Source: Pecten maximus (taxonomy: Eukaryota). Taken from it: a stretch of 64,000 bases of DNA. This document shows, piece after piece, positions 63,761 to 64,000 of this stretch; position 1 is the stretch's first letter, and every line of letters begins with the position of its first letter. Where the stretch lies: assembly GCF_902652985.1 (NCBI RefSeq), contig NC_047015.1, forward strand, positions 53,134,001 to 53,198,000, read 5' to 3'. Under the pieces are notes generated by a model. That model was not told where the DNA came from. It worked only from the letters and a program-made list of their open reading frames with translations, and made no database searches. Made by a program: the position numbers and the translations under genes.

Positions 63761-64000
63761 TATCTATGGTTACCTGTGTCTATTGTTACCAGATTTCTGT
63801 GTTGTCCAGTTTCTATGGTTGCCAGTTTTCTTTTAGTCTCTTGTTGTTCAGTTGCCAAATTACAATGGTTGCTTGTTTCAATGATTACCAGTTTTATATT
63901 GTTACTATGTTTACCAGTTCCGAATTTCTAGCATTACATGAATATGACGTCACACCAGTGGTATGGAGAACAGACACAGTACATATCTCATCCAGGCCTG

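Overview
AT-rich, intron-containing animal genomic DNA, most likely a bivalve mollusc (inferred from the SINE, MITE and CR1 repertoire), with one assembly gap at 41457-41705. The ORF track hides the main content: a cluster of five paralogues of a 5-exon gene encoding a ~250-aa secreted protein (signal peptide, acidic N-terminal segment, two helical-looking Cys-rich repeats with 10 Cys in total). Copies C (-, 39204-45140), D (+, 48373-54554) and E (+, 55835-60136) are intact. Copy A (-, 12207-19555) has a 1-nt frameshift and copy B (-, 23185-25941) is a truncated pseudogene. All five share a ~70-bp conserved upstream element, and several share intronic minisatellites. A second unannotated gene made of small phase-1 exons with an internal two-exon repeat lies at about 28342-30080 (-). 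The rest is repeats: a 5'-truncated CR1/L2-group LINE with a 13-bp TSD (31361-34991), LINE, Gypsy and pogo remnants, tRNA-derived SINEs, MITEs and satellites. All gene models were assembled by hand from GT-AG sites and paralogue comparison; no database search was possible.
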